A DNA stretch of 64,000 bases from Octopus vulgaris (Eukaryota): the NCBI GenBank assembly GCA_951406725.2, contig OX597818.1, positions 61,876,001 to 61,940,000 on the forward strand. Direction: 5' to 3'. Under the pieces are notes generated by a model. That model was not told the origin of the DNA. It ran no database searches and saw only the letters and a program-made list of their open reading frames with translations. Below, piece after piece: positions 26,966 to 42,306 of this stretch. The position numbers were made by a program, and so were the translations under genes. Positions within the stretch are counted from its first letter, which is position 1, and every line of letters begins with the position of its first letter.

Positions 26966-29900
26966 AATGTGTTGAGTGTTACTTTCGTTTACCCACACAC
27001 AAACACACACAGAGTCTGTCTTTCGGAAGAAGTGCAAATCTCCGAAACGTTCGTTTCTTTTCTATTTCACATCGTCTTAGCTTGCAGAATCCCTCTGAAG
27101 AGCAGCCAAATTCCTTTAAAATCGCACTTAAACATAGAAAGAACACATTGTATAATGCCTGTTCATGAAACCCTAAAAAAGTCTTGAGGATCATCGTGCG
27201 AATGCCTTTGATTGTGGGTCTGCTCGATGAAAACTGATTTGGGGCTGAACAGCAACAAAAGATTCTTATTCTGGAACAAAGCCAGCATTTTTGAGGGGAG
27301 GGGTGAGTTGGTTGCGTCGATCCCGGTGCAGTTCTAAACATTTGCAAACACAAAATTTCATTAGTGCTACAAAACTATTATTGACCATTTAAAGAAAAAG
27401 CCAACGAGATAAATTGTCTTTTGTTGGGGAAACAATTAACGAAAGTCTTGGAGAATAGAAATTAACAATGACATTCTTCACCTTTATTTCTTCTAGCGAG
27501 AACATCTGGATTGTATATATTTCTTAGACTACAACAACAATAGAATAATGGTAAGATGGTAGGAATTTCTTCTGCCACTCTTCTCCACGTGCTACGTATT
27601 ATCATCTTACTAAAAGCAGTGGATGACGGTAGTAGATCTTGGAACTAAACAAAGAATATACAGATATCACGAAAGGAAAGGGGGCGCTAGAAATGAATGG
27701 CATCTATATATATACATGTATATATATATGTGTATATATATGTGCCAGAGGAAGAGAGTGGGGTACGGGTCTACGAAAAAGCCTGCAGGAATCGTAGAAA
27801 ATATAAAAATGGTAACTAATTTTATAAATCCCATACAGAACAGTTGTACTTTATGTGAAATTATCCTTCGGGACTTGTCTAATCAGAATTCATTTAAATA
27901 ACTCGAAAGAATTCAAAAATTTTGATGAAGAACACATTTAAAAAAAAAAAAAAAAATAGCGCTCTCGTAAAGCTGGTCATCAAAGACCGGAAACGACCCT
28001 CTCCCCCCTGCCTCATTTGGTTACAGGGTCAACGGGGACAGAAAGCAATGAGGGATGATAAAGCGGTTGCTTGCTATGTCTTTTTTTTTTTTTTGTTAAT
28101 ACATACCCTAAAAATTGAAGTAGAATTTTAAAGCACAGGAATTTTTTCTTGTGTCTAATTGAATAGCACAAAAGAGAGGCTGCCAAAGTAGCGAGCGAGC
28201 CTCTCCTTGGACGTTGGAACGATTACAAATAACAGGCAAACTCTCTCTCTCTCTCTCTCTCTCAAACTACCCTACTATCTTTAAAACAAAAATTACATTG
28301 GACTCTAGTCTTTGATATACACAAGAAGGGATGGTTATAAACCGGTACGTCTTCTGCTTATAAACCTACTCGTTTGAGGGCTGACCTGGGGTTAAAACAA
28401 CAACTAAAGAAGCAGTTGTTGAGAATTAATTTTTCAAGTTGTTTTTCTTCAGAAAATTTTCGAAATGTTTTATTTTGCATGTGAAAAATTAAGAGCTGGA
28501 GAAAAATACACCATATTTTGATATTTCCATGCAAATCCTTATTAACCATTCCATTGCGACTTTCTTCTTCTCTTTACTCTCATTAAAGGAATTAAATTCC
28601 TTTCTTTACAACCCATCATCACCACTTTCGTGCAATGGAACAACTTTCAACGATTTGTTCTTCATTATATAATATTTTTATTCAATTACTTCAAGCTGTT
28701 GGATTTTTGGTACCACTTTTGAAAATCGTGTCGAATACGTTGCTTTCAAATTTTGGTCCAAGGTTTGCAACTTTGACGGGGAAGGGGAGAGGTAAATCCA
28801 TGACATTGACGCCCCCTTTCTCACCCCCCTCCCCAGTATATCACTGGTACTTTATTTCATCGATGCAGAAAGCAAGAAAAGCAGGCCAGAAATCTGTGAC
28901 TATATCGACTCCAGTACTTCACTAACACCTTATTTTTATGCTCTCGGAAGGATAGTAAGAAAAGTTGAACCTCAGCAGGATTTGAACTCAGGACCTACAT
29001 TTTTGTAGCCTGATAATTGTGTGAGAGAGAGAGCAAATTATTAATTTCAGAAAAGTAAAACTGAAGGTATTTTCTCTGTCGTTTAGCTCCAGGTTAAGTA
29101 GAGCAGGCCTATTCTTTTACTAGTTTCAGTCATTTGACTGCGGCCATGCTGGAGCATCGAAAACATTTCAACGCTGACCGTTGTGTCTTTCTCTGATGTG
29201 CTGGGAACCTAAATTCGGATCACGTTTTCCAACGTGTCCGTCTTTCTATTGCTTATCACATAATGTATAATTCGAGGGAGATTTTGACCGCTATTTCTAG
29301 CAGATCTAGTGAATACACACACATATGTATATATATATAAAATCTCCTTCATTGAGTTGCCTGCGATGGCGGTGAAGTTGGTGATGATAGGTAGAATTCT
29401 TTAAACGATAAAGTTCAATTTGACATAAAACAAGGCAACAAGTCTGTGACTATGTTTTAAACCATTGTTGCTTTAACTTTACCGAAGAGAGAAAGAGCGA
29501 GAGAGAGAGAGGCCAAGAATTAAATAAATAAGCTCTCGACTCTTTGCGAAGTGACTGGCGAAGAAAGAGAGAAAGACGAAGGTATAAGAATGCTGAATTC
29601 CTCAAAGAAAGGTATAGTGAGAAGAGAAAGAGGAAGAGATAAGGATAAATAGAGAGAAGGAGGAGGTGGAGGGGCATTCAGAACCAAAACAGTTGTAAGC
29701 AGACTGCTCTAGATAGGCTGGTTCTTCTGCTGTAATAGAAATGAAGAGCCGGTTGACTGCGATATAAGCTAGTTTCTTTCTATTTCTTCAGCGTGCAAAA
29801 CTTAAGCAGTGCTGACCTGAAAACTTCATATAAGAAAGATGGAATATAGTTGAAGGATGAGAATAATCTGCGAAAAGTTTCTCCAAGAACAATTTTATTT

Positions 29901-30228
29901 CTTTATTACTATTTCGTTTACGTATATATGCAACATATATATATATATATATATATTATATTATATATATATATATGTTTGCGGTAGAGAGTAACACGGG
30001 TGAAAATTCTAACGTCTGATATCTATTCTCTGTAAGATGAGACTTGCAGAACGAAACATAGAAAAGGTGAATAGTTATCTTCCAGCACATATTTGTGTGT
30101 CTGAGAGAGTGTGTGTGTAATATTATACACACACACACACACACACAAACAAACACATACACACATAGATAGATAGATAAGTACTTGCTAACATATCCGT
30201 GCATAAATAGAAACGTAAATAAATCTGA

Positions 30229-30274
<46 letters not shown>

Positions 30275-30279
30275 GTGTA

Positions 30280-30321
<42 letters not shown>

Positions 30322-30624
30322 CATGTGTATATATGTGTATATACATGTGTGTGTATATATATATATATATATATACACATACATGTGTATATATATATAT
30401 ATATGTATATATACAGTTGTCCCAGTTTCAAGTCTAAGCGACAGTACCAGTATGTATACAAGCATTGGTAAATAAAATTGTTGTTTTTCTACAATAATAA
30501 TTTTTTTTTTACGTGTAATAACAAAAATTTTACAAAATGAAACAGAATATATCAACGTTAGGTTAACGATAAAATAACAGATTTCGTTAAATAATACACA
30601 CACACATATAAATGTGTGTGTATA

Positions 30625-30670
<46 letters not shown>

Positions 30671-31919
30671 GCCGTTTTGAATTCCTGTGAAAAGCATATA
30701 CAATTTTTAAAAAAATCATTTTTTCAAAAAAAGAACATTGAAAATATTTGAAAGAAAGAAAAGCAATTATCAAATAAAAGAAATGAATTTCTGTGAATGA
30801 GAATTCTTTTGCCTAGCTCGGGTGGGGAGTGTAGTTTGGGTAGCTTCAGGTAGAAGGTAACTAGAATGGTGGGGAGCTTTAGAAGCGACAGAGAATACTG
30901 GTGTCGTTTTGGGGTTGTCCTAGGTTAGCCCCTCATTAAGCAGAGCTGTAATCAGAGGCGCACCAGTCGTGACCATCTCGTGTTTTTATGTAATAAAGGA
31001 CTATATTGTCAAAACAATTTTTTTAACGAGGGTAGGATTTAAATAGAGGGGTATTTTGCTGCTCTTTCTAGCAGTTTAAGAGATCGCATAAAGACGCCCT
31101 CGTTGGCTCGAAGCGAATGTGATTTGTTTTGTTCCAAATCTACCCTGCCAAACAAACTTCAGATTAAAGACGGTCCAACCGTGACCATTCCGTGGATGAT
31201 TTTGTCAGACTCTGTAACTAATACATCATTCAACGTGTCCCTTCATTTTAAAACTGGGTGCGATATGAACGTGATTTGGCTGTTATTTCTAGCAAATCAA
31301 GTGTGTGGTGAGCATGGGCACTTTTCGCACATGGGTGGAAGCAATGGCGAGGGAATCTGGGTTGTTTCGGGTATAGGACACCTGGGCTGCTTGTTGCTCT
31401 TGCTCAGTACCAGGTCAGCCCTAATTGGAGCAAACCTATGAGCATTCCAGCCGTGATCATCTCGGCTTTTACCCGACGTGCAAAGAGCCCAGGACCACGT
31501 TATCAAATGTGACCTTTAGGGGGCAAAACGGGGGTGAGAGGTTTAACTTGCTGCTCTTAGTAGATCGAACAACAACCTACTGACAACGCACCAGGGGTAC
31601 CTTGGAATGGACACCCGGGCCAAGAATGGTGGTAACGACAGCGCCAATGATTACTTTTGTCTGGCATTGAGAGATGCATGAAGGACTCGACTCGGAAAAT
31701 CGGGTTTTAAATCAAGAATTTAACAACAATGTTTTGTGTTTATGTTGTTATTATTATTTTTTTTTTGTGTGTGTATATATATTTTTTTCATGATTCGTGA
31801 ATAATGGCTTAGAATGAGGCTGAAAGAAGAAGGTAAAAACATCGATACATATATATATGAATATGTATATATAAATAAGTGTGTATATATGTATATATAT
31901 AACAGAAATAGCCTCTTAC

Positions 31920-31968
31920 CTTGCATAGCTGCCCAGCAGAGGAAACAGAAAAGGTATAGGAACGGCAT
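31920..31968 (-). CDS. Probable first coding exon of a secreted or membrane protein (signal peptide MPFLYLFCFLCWAAMQ+G); rest of gene not identified
   Basis: ggaggaaATG context, 16 hydrophobic/small codons, strong phase-1 donor CAAG|GTAAGAG; preceded by a repeat-poor, CT-rich 5' UTR-like sequence. Confidence 0.55.
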
Positions 31969-32590
31969 TTCCTCCAGACACCCCACCGTCTCGCCAACAC
32001 CAGTGACCACCAGCAACTGGTACTTATGGTAAGACTAGTGAGTTGTGTAGCAAAATAGAGATAGTAACGAGAAGAAGAAGAAGAAGAAGAACAAAAAAAG
32101 GAGATAAAAAAAAAAGAAAAGAAAGTAAAGAGGGGGTAAAGTGGTAAATGAATCGAGGGGGTCCACAGAGAAGAAGACAAAGGATGTGATTCTTGAAAAC
32201 AATATAGAAATATTGAATCAAAGAGAAACACAATCAAAACAAAACAAAACAAAAAAAAAGGGGTGAGGACAACAAAGGAAAAAAAAAATAATAAATTTAA
32301 AAAAAAAAAGAGTTGAAGAACACAAGAAGAAGAAGAAGAAGAAGAAGAAGAAGAATTATTCCTGGTGGTTTCGGGTGTTGAAGACACACATGATAAAGAA
32401 TAAGATGTAATTTTGTGGGGGGGAAAATACTCCGCTAGTGTCCTGTAAAATATCCTCCTGGGTGGTTTTGGACAATGGGTTGAATAAACGGGTGGCGACG
32501 GTGTTTGATGGTGGTGGCGATGGCGGTGGGGGGTGGTTGTGGTTGTTGTTGTTATTGTTGTGATTGTTGTTATATATATATTTTTTCTTT

Positions 32591-32622
<32 letters not shown>

Positions 32623-32689
32623 GTGAGAGAGAGGGAATAAATATTTAGGTTACTGGTTCCTAATAATTATTATTAATACCATTAACAAA

Positions 32690-33730
32690 CACAAATCATT
32701 CGTTAGTCATTTTTCCGAGCGGCACATCACGCCCCCTCCCTCGTTGCTCTACTGCCCCCCGTTCTGTTGCTTTCTACGAAATTCGATCCGAATTTTTCTT
32801 TCGACGTCGGAACATAGTAGCAACAAAGCTTACAACAAAATCCGCCGCGGTGAGATGTAGGAGAGAGAGAGCGAGAGAGAGAGAGAGCGAGCGAGTAAGA
32901 GAGAGAGAGAGAGAGAGAGTAAGTAAGAGACAGAGAGTAAGGGAGACAGAAGAGAGAAATGGCAGAGTAGAGAGAGAGAGAGAAAGGGAGAGAGGTGGGA
33001 GGGAATCGGTCCGCTGTGATATTAAAACGCGTGCGTGCGTGACTCTAGTAAAGATGAATATAAAACTAAGGCTGGGGAAAGAAGCGCGGTCGTCCTTCTA
33101 CCACCTCCACTGAACATCAGAAACGGTAACGGCGGGGACGAGATACTTAGAGTTAGAGAAGGAGGGAACGACGGATCTATAACAGAGAGAGAGAGAGAGA
33201 AAGAAAGAACGAGAGCGAAAGAACGAGAGCGAAAGAGCGAGAGAGAGAGAGAGAGGAATTGGGGTGTGAGGAAGAAAGCGCGGGAGGGAGAGGTTTGAAG
33301 AATTTGATGCGAGGAAGAAGAGCGTCGCGTTGTCTGATAAAGAGAGGAGGCAATGAAGGGGAGGAGAGGAAAAAAGAGAAGGAAGAAGAAGAAGAAGGGA
33401 AAAAAAATTAAGATAGGTATGTAATGTAACGATGTGAATCGAGGATTGACTAGCAGAGAAAATCTAAGAGGTTTTGGTAGTTAGTTATAGAAGTAGTAAG
33501 AGAGAGAGAGAGAGGATGGAAGAACTAGCAGTCGGAATTAGAAAGATAGGAGTGAGAGTGAGAGGATGCTGAGAGAGAGGGGGAAAGAGATGAATGGGAA
33601 AGAGAGGAGGAGAGAAGGCGCTGACTGGCCACATGTGCTCCGGAGAACTGTTTTGTTGGCGTAGCGTAGGCAGCGAATACGCACGTAACGTAGTCTTTTA
33701 GACTGCGAAGACGACGAAGGGAAGCGAAAG
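32690..33730 (-). promoter_or_regulatory. Putative promoter/5' region of the minus-strand gene
   Basis: SINE-free, locally CpG-enriched, long GA tracts, directly upstream of the signal-peptide exon. Confidence 0.4.
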
Positions 33731-34354
33731 TCTGTTATCCATCCATATAGAGTAAGTCAAAGAAAGATGTGCTGATGATGATGGTGATGATGATGAAGAA
33801 GAAGAAGAAAGAGAATTAAGAGAGAGAGAGAGAGAGATCGAGTGGAAGAAAGAACAACAGAAATAGTGAGTGAGAGAGAGAGTGAGAGAGAAAACATTTC
33901 TCGGAAACATTTCTCAGTGAAAAATTATGATAGTCGCAGACAGGAATGTATTTTTACAAAAAGGTAACAAACTAGCGTAAAAAGAAAAAAAATTTTAAAA
34001 AGCAGCACTTTGTCTGCTGTTGAAATTAACCAAGGTCCATTAATTGAAAGCTGGGAGAATTAAAAGAAAAAAAGAAAAAGGAAAAATTAAATCCAAAAAA
34101 AAAATAATAAATAAAATAAAAGCCCACGAGAGCAACCAACAATTTGGAAATGCCAAGACAAAAGCAGAAAAGAAGGAAGAATTGCCAACTGTTATTCTGT
34201 CACTCGGTGGTTCCAACACCGAAAACTTTTCTCTTCGATCCTTATATAAATATCTTAACTTAAATTCTTCGGTTTGTCAAGGAATTTCTTTTCGATTTTG
34301 TTCCATTTTTTTTTTTGGCGGTTATTGTTGTTATTAATATTATTATTATTATTC

Positions 34355-34397
<43 letters not shown>

Positions 34398-34708
34398 CTC
34401 GTTTGCATTTCAATCCAATGATTCTGTATTTTATGATGTCTTTGACTTGTTAGTATTTCATTCTCCTTTTTCCTTGCATTAGTGTCTGTGTGTATATATA
34501 CATATATATATATATATGTATATGCACGCGTGTGTAAAATTTAGAAAATGTCGCTCATTTCTTTGCTTTGCGTTTTTTAAAAATCTTTATTCTTTCTTTT
34601 TATTATCATCTAAGAGTTATTGATGTATTTAGTACCCTTTTAACACCCGTAGGCACATACAACAAATTCTCTCTCTTAAAATTTACATACACTCAAACAT
34701 ACATACAT

Positions 34709-34739
<31 letters not shown>

Positions 34740-34740
<1 letters not shown>

Positions 34741-35020
34741 GTAAATTTATAAAGACATATATGTAAATTTATAAAGATATATATATATATATATATCTGT
34801 AAATTTATAAAGATATATATATATATCTGTAAATTTATAAAGATATATATATATATGTAAATTTATAAAGATGTATATATGTAAATTTAAAAAGATGTAT
34901 ATATATATATGTAAATTTATAAAGATATATATATATATATGTAAATTTATAAAGATATATATATATATGTAAATTTATAAAGATGTATATATATATATGT
35001 AAATTTATAAAGATATATAT
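34740..35020. repeat. Minisatellite, about 10 copies of gtaaatttataaaga(ta)n
   Basis: Direct inspection. Confidence 0.9.
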
Positions 35021-35424
35021 ATATATATATACATATGTGTACATGATTTGTTTACTGCCCTACATGAAGAATGCTTGAATTACTTCTAGGACACATACAC
35101 ACACACGTACACACAGAGGCATATACGATAAAACCTTGGCATTAATAGCTGTTATTAACAATACGGGTATCCACTATAGTGTGTCGCCTGTCATTCGCTC
35201 ACTCTAAGGGTATCATCATCTATCCACACCAAGTCTCTAACTAGTATCACCTGTGACTTACATCATTACCCAGTTTACTGGTTTATGACAATCATCTCTG
35301 ACGCTCCGGGAGGAAATTCTCCTCGATTCTCCACAACACGACGACGACTTTATAATGGAATTAGTGGGAAAGTGAGACTTCGATTGTTTGTCCTTTTTAT
35401 TCTGTGACAAGAATACTGCTTCAC

Positions 35425-35458
<34 letters not shown>

Positions 35459-35583
35459 TTCCTCTTTTCATTTGTCTTTCGTTCATCACTTTACTAACAA
35501 AACTCCTTCATTATTTCATCGCTTATTTTTTAAGAAATATTTATTCGTCTGACTTCTTACCATTTTCTCTTCTATTGTTATTA

Positions 35584-35626
<43 letters not shown>

Positions 35627-37596
35627 CATTATTATTACTATTATTATTATTACTATTATTATTATTATCATTATTATTACTATTATTATTATTATTATTT
35701 CCCGCCCTCGAAGGAAATCGCTTCACATAGGGACTATTCATTAATTTATCGTCTTCTAATCTAATAATTACTTTCTTTGTTCTCTTCACGTTAATTGGTT
35801 GACAGTCCTCATGGTCTGTCTTTCCTTCTCTCTCTCTCTCTCTCTCTCTCTCTTTCATTATTTAGCTCAATAATGAATAAACGATACTTTATATAACGAA
35901 AGAAATCTAATATCTTTTCTAATATTCTACTCTCAAATTAACCCCTTCGGTGATAATAAACTCACCTACTTCTAGTTATTTCCGTTAGCTAATTATTGGT
36001 TAACCCTTGAGGTCGATTATAGATTGATGGAGCACACCTATAATCCAAAGACGTTCCATCTGTGACCGTCCAATTTTATTCCCAGGCACACAAACATACC
36101 CCAAATCACTTTATCCAATATATCTTTACTTTCCTTACAGCTGTTGTTTTTGATCAAAGAAGCCTATAGTCAAAGGAGTTCCAGACGTGACCATCCAGTC
36201 TTTGTAGAAAGTATAAACTATCCCAGATTACATAATTCGGCACTGTCATGCCCATAATTCTACTTCTCTATTTTAGACAGCAGGTTGTTATTTGAGGGAG
36301 ATTTGGCTGTTATTTCTAGCATTTGGAGCGACTATGTAAAGGCGCCCTTGTTCTCTCTTCGCCTAATTTTTATTTGGTGTTGAAGCAGAGACACTTCTCG
36401 ACCCTGCTTCATCAAACCTTCCATGAAAGACCACCCAGACGAAACTAATCCATTTTCTTCTTGGCATAAGTCTATCTAGGAGGACCACATTATCCAATGT
36501 CCCTCTTGAGTTTATTTTTAACGAGTATGATTTAAGATTTAGCTGCTGTTTCCAGCATGTCCTGAGACTACATAGCGACTCCGTTGTTAGTTCACCCTGC
36601 TCTGCTCCGTCCGTCCGTCCGTCTTCTGTCTGTCTGTCTGTCTATCATTATACGTATGTTTATGTGTGTTTACAGTACTCATGCTTGTTTTGTTTTTCTT
36701 TGATTTTTTTTTTCATATTTTTATATTCATATGTATAATCCACCCCTTTCTCAGCCTTACCCGGGTAGCTTCTCCATCCGATGCTTCTCACCCCTGTCAT
36801 GGTACACATTTCCACCCTACGAGGGTATCCATTTTCAATGATATTCCCCAGCCCTGTCAAAAATACCCATTTCCCTCGATATTCTCCCCCAGCTGTGACA
36901 CACACTTTCCTCACCCATGCTTTTAGCCAAACCACGGTACCCCATTCCTTTACCCATGTCTTCAACCTCACCATTCTATCCCACTCTCAGCCCAGCTGGA
37001 GTACCCAATCGATAGATGTTCACACTCAACCACTGCACATATATTCTCAGAGATGTTCCACATTTTTTCAATATTTTCATATATATTTTCCATACATATT
37101 TCCCATACGTTATACACACACACAGTATAAAGTGTACATATTTTATACATACATAAACATACATGCATACATACATACATACATTCATCCCGTATGTATG
37201 TAAGTATAACTTACACATAAATACATTAATATGCTATAGTGTGTGAGTACATACATGTATGTATGTATGTATGATGTATGTGTGTGTGAACGGGCGAATG
37301 TACATTTGTCGTTTTGAAAACCGTATCACTTGCAGAAAGCACAGGCGTCGTTGAATTGATGAAGAACATTAACAGGTGAGTCTGAGAAATACACGCATAT
37401 GTATGCGTTCCGATATGAATATTATCCATTAGTATATATATTGTATAAAAGCGCCTTGTTCTTGGTTTTTCATTTTGGCGTGGATTAAGCAGTTTCTCTG
37501 CGGTTATACTTAACGGCCAAATGCCTTTCCTGTCGCCAACTCTTCAAGTTGCCCTGAACGACGGGCAGGTCCGTAGGGAACCTATATAACACACAC

Positions 37597-37765
37597 TTTA
37601 CGTTCTGAGTTCAAATTCCGCCGAGGTCGACTTTGCCTTTCATCCTTTCGGGGTCGATAAATCAAGTACCAGTTACGCACTGGGGTCGATGTGATCGACT
37701 TAATCCCTTTGTCTGTCTTTGTTTGTCCCCTCTATCTTTAGCCCCTTGTGGGCAATAAAGAAATA
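37597..37765 (+). mobile_element. SINE family B, 5'-truncated
   Basis: Family B body and tail; flanked by the duplicated tatataacacacac. Confidence 0.8.
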
Positions 37766-39424
37766 TATATAACACACACATACACATAATACATACATAC
37801 ATACATACATACGTACATACATATGCAGATATACATGTATGTATGTATGTACGTACATACTATTACATACTAATGTATTTGTGTGTATGTATAAAATATA
37901 GATACATTACAAAGAAAGCGTGGAATTTCTGGCTATAAAACGGTCGAATTGTTCCAGTGCTGTGTGATGGCAACATCATTAGACTACTTTTCAAAATGCC
38001 TTATTGGTTTTTAGTTACGTCCCTTTACGATGTGAGTTCGAATCCCCTTGGTCCTAATTGATTTTCCAGTCTTTCCATTTGTAGGTAAAATAATTACTTA
38101 ACGGTGATTTCGAGATTTTAATGGTGACCATGGAATTGGTTTAATATTGCCTGGAACCATTCTTAAATATTTAGAAAAAAAAAATTTATTAGTGAAGCAA
38201 GAAATCGAAACCCTATCGCAGGATATCCTTTAATTGATCGTTTCTTCCAGCAATGTAATGTTGTTTTGATGCTAAAATGCCTGTCTTTACCATTTTCTGT
38301 CAATAGTTCTATTCAAGTAGGTGCTTGTTGGATATGTGAAGAACTGTCATTCTTCGAGTGTCAATCTACACACACACACACTCAGGTCTATGTATTGAGT
38401 ACTTTTTCGTCGTTTGTAATCACAAACGTTTAATCCCCCCACCCTCCACCCACCCACACACACATGATTTGCCTTTATGTAAAGAATTTGTGTGTACTAC
38501 CAACAGCCATGTATATACACACGCATGTGTGTATATATACGAACTTTTGATGAAAACAGTGACCAAAGTCGTTCCTGACATGGCCCCCTCCACCCAACCC
38601 CGTCACTTTATTCAAGCATAATGTCCTTTTCTTTCTTTCTCTTCCTCTTTCTTTAAGACACTGCGTAGCATCGGATGCGAGTGGAAATTTGACTGCTATT
38701 TCTAGCAGTTTGCTGAACCACGTAGAGGATCCTACACAGACTCGCGCTCATCTGTCTGTACAGCATATACATATAGTTGGTCTACATTTACCACACACAC
38801 ACACACACACATGTATATATAAAACGTCTGTTGGTGTATGGTATCACATACGTAATGCATGTATGTATATACGTGTAGTAGGCGTGTGCATGTATATTGT
38901 ACAGTAATATCTACAGGGTATATAACGAAATAACTAAGAATTCTACACACTTGTAAAATCACTTTCGCGTTACTTGTTGCTCTCCGTGTCTGTCTGTCTG
39001 TCTGTCTGTCTCTCTGTCCGTCTGTCTACCCATGTCTCTTTGTGTCGCTTCTGTGTTTAAGGTGCCTCTGTTACCTTGCTGTCACATCTTCGACCAATCC
39101 GCAGAAGAAGATCCAACATTATGCTTGTCTCTGGAAACATGTATTCTGAGACGATAAGCGAAAAGCGAAAAATCTCAGAAGTGGATTCCCGATCTGCTAG
39201 AAACAAGTGACTATACCCGCTTCGTATCAAACTTCTCTTTTGAAACAAAAGAAAGAAAATGAAGAAAAAGAACAACAACAAAAAAATGTCTGCAAAGAAA
39301 AACAACCAAAATCTCAAACAAAAATGTAAAAATAAAAAAAACAACGAGGTGTCTTTGATTATATGGTCTATATGGTCAGAACTGACCTGGGGTTAAAGAA
39401 TGATAGACTTCATGAATGAGCTGT

Positions 39425-39462
<38 letters not shown>

Positions 39463-39655
39463 GCACGCACACATCATACACAAAGACACGGAATATTGAA
39501 GAATTATTTTACCATTTTTGCCGCTGTTTTGAAAGGAAGCATCTAAGAGAGAGAGAGAGACGTTCTTTTTCTTAAACTGTAAAAGCAGCAATTCCGGACT
39601 TCTGTAAAAATTGCAGATCTCTTACCGTGTAAGACCAGATGTATGGAATCACCGG

Positions 39656-39700
<45 letters not shown>

Positions 39701-42306
39701 CAACAATACTGGTTTCAAACGTTGGCACAAGACCATCAAATTCGTGGGGGAAGGTGTAAGTCGATCACATCGACCCTAGTATTAAACTGGTACCTTTTTT
39801 TTATCTACTCTTTTCGGATGTAAGACAAAGAGGACATCGACAAATAGTAATAATAATAATAACAACAATGATGATAATAATAATAATAATAATAACAACA
39901 ATGATAATAATAATAATCCTTTCTACTATAGGCACAAGGCCTGAAATTTTGGTAGAAGCGGGGAATGGGGGTGGGTCAATTATATCGACCCCCAGTACCC
40001 AACTGGTGGTTATTTCCTCGTTCTCGGCGGCAGTGGTTTCGAAATGGAGTCGATTGTATCGACTCTGGTGCTTGAGTGACGCTTTATATTATTGCCCCTA
40101 GAATGATGGAATGTAGAGTCGGCCTGGGTGGGATTTGAACACAGCACAATAAGCGGATAAGCTTCATATTTCAATACTGGATTCTATAGAGTTGTATAAA
40201 AGAATTTTGTATTTTTTTTGCATTCTTGAAGTGTGATTGAAGTACTCGTGTTCGTTTTATAATGCTTCACACACACACACGCACGCACGTTTTTGAAGAA
40301 TTTGCTAGGTTGTTTTCGAAATTTCATTTTTCTTTCTATCTTGTACAAAAATGTTGAGTAATAAAATATATTCATATATTCTGAGAGAAAAATAATAAAG
40401 AATTATTCGAAATTGCTTTAAATAAAAACTATTTATGTGGTATTGAAAATTGTAATTCTGAAAGCTGAAAAGCTCTCTTCAAAATCTGTTCTGTACAAGA
40501 AGTGAACTAGCCTTTCACTTCGAAGTTACTGCAATCCTTGCTTCTATACAGAAGGATTATATATATATATATGAATCCTTGGCATCATGTTTTTATTTTG
40601 ATTAATTTACTCCACCACCTACACCACCAAACGGTATATACAGGTGCTTACAATTATCAAGTACTCACCCTGAATTTATATATATATATATATATATAAA
40701 ACCCATGCTGGCATGGAAAACGGACGTTAAACGATGATATATATATATATATATATATATGTCTGCTTATCGTAGAGAGAGGAAGAAATATTGGCATTTA
40801 TGTGTGTTTATATCAATATTTTTGTCTGTGTGTGTGTATATATATATATATTCTATGTATACGCACACACAAGTACACTATTGTGAATAGTGTTCGATTT
40901 TAAGAACGTTAGCAGCAGAAGGTTTGATTGAAACCGTAAAGAAGGAGGAAATAAATGGAGAAGGAAGGACACTTTCCGAAGAACGACTTCCTTTTTCTTT
41001 CATTCTTTGCAACTTTGGCAATCCATAGGCACCAAACAGTGCTGGCATGTGTGTGTGTGTGTGTGTGTAATGTTGACCCAACAGGCGCCTTTCAAGCAAT
41101 CACTATCACGATCGTAAAAAGGAGATTCGAAATAGTCATCCCAAAATGCTAGAAATAGCAGTCGAATCTCTCTGAAGTCTTAAATTAACCGCCTCGGAGA
41201 AAGTAATGACATTGGGCACTATATTCTTAGATACACCAGTGTCGGATATACACGATGAGATGGCCATGGGTGGAATGATTTGGGTAAAAAATCCCTTTGG
41301 TCAAGGTTAAAACCGCAGCAATACGCTGGTAACACGAGGTGCCCCACGTGGTCGCTCAATCTGCTAGAAATAGCAGTAAAATCTCTCGCAAAACACACTC
41401 TTAGAAAAACAAAAAGAAAGGCAAGGTACATTGGATGATGTATTCCAAGGTACACCATATCCAAGAGAATGACAGTAGAGGGGGCTGAGGTGGAGGGCGG
41501 CGTATAGTTTGTGCTTCGGTTGCTAAGTCAGGAGTGACCTGAGGCTGAAATATACCACCACTACCACCAGTGGTTTCTCTAATCACACTGTATCGTCTCT
41601 AAACGATAATGAATTCATATAGTCAGCTGCAAGGGCATGGTTGGAACGTCGTCGAGGATTGACCTGGAGCTGTAAGTCGCTGACAACAAAAATATATTTT
41701 TTATGTGTGCGTGTGTATATACACGTATGTATGCACCTACCTACCTGTTTATCTATCTGTCTGTCTGTCTATCTATCTATCTACCTATCTATCTACCTAC
41801 CTATCTACCTATCTATCTATCTATCTACCTACCTATCTACCTACCTATCTACCTACCTATCTATCTACCTACCTATCTATCTATCTACCTCTCTCTCTCT
41901 ACCTGCCTGCCTACCTACCTATATATTATATGTAAACATATCGTGAAGGCGGACACAAGAGCGTACCTTTCACCTGACGTCTCTCTCTCTTCTCACCTGT
42001 CGCCTCTTATTGAAGTCACGAAGCTTCTCCATCCGTCATTTCACGATACTGGCAATTTTATTCATTTATTTGTTTATACTTACATGTCACTAGTATTGTT
42101 GCTGTTGTTGTTGTTGTGAATGATGTACTATTCGTTGTTATTATTCTAACCTCAGTTATAGTTCAACCACAATTATGCAGACCTCGGATCACAGACTTTC
42201 CTACAATGCCCACCTCATTGAGTATGTATATCTGCCACGACATAATTCGATGTGATTTGTTATTATTATTACAATTATTATTATTATTATTATTATTATT
42301 GATATG

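Noticed and set aside
32027-32048. tggtaagactagtgagttgtgt resembling miR-7
   Set aside because: The seed differs (ggtaagac versus ggaagac) and no precursor hairpin is evident.
33617-33645. REST/NRSE-like ggcgctga...gtgct motif
   Set aside because: Only a partial half-site match with wrong spacing.
36666-37203. Overlapping P/T/H-rich ORFs
   Set aside because: C-rich degenerate low-complexity tract with no splice or homology evidence.
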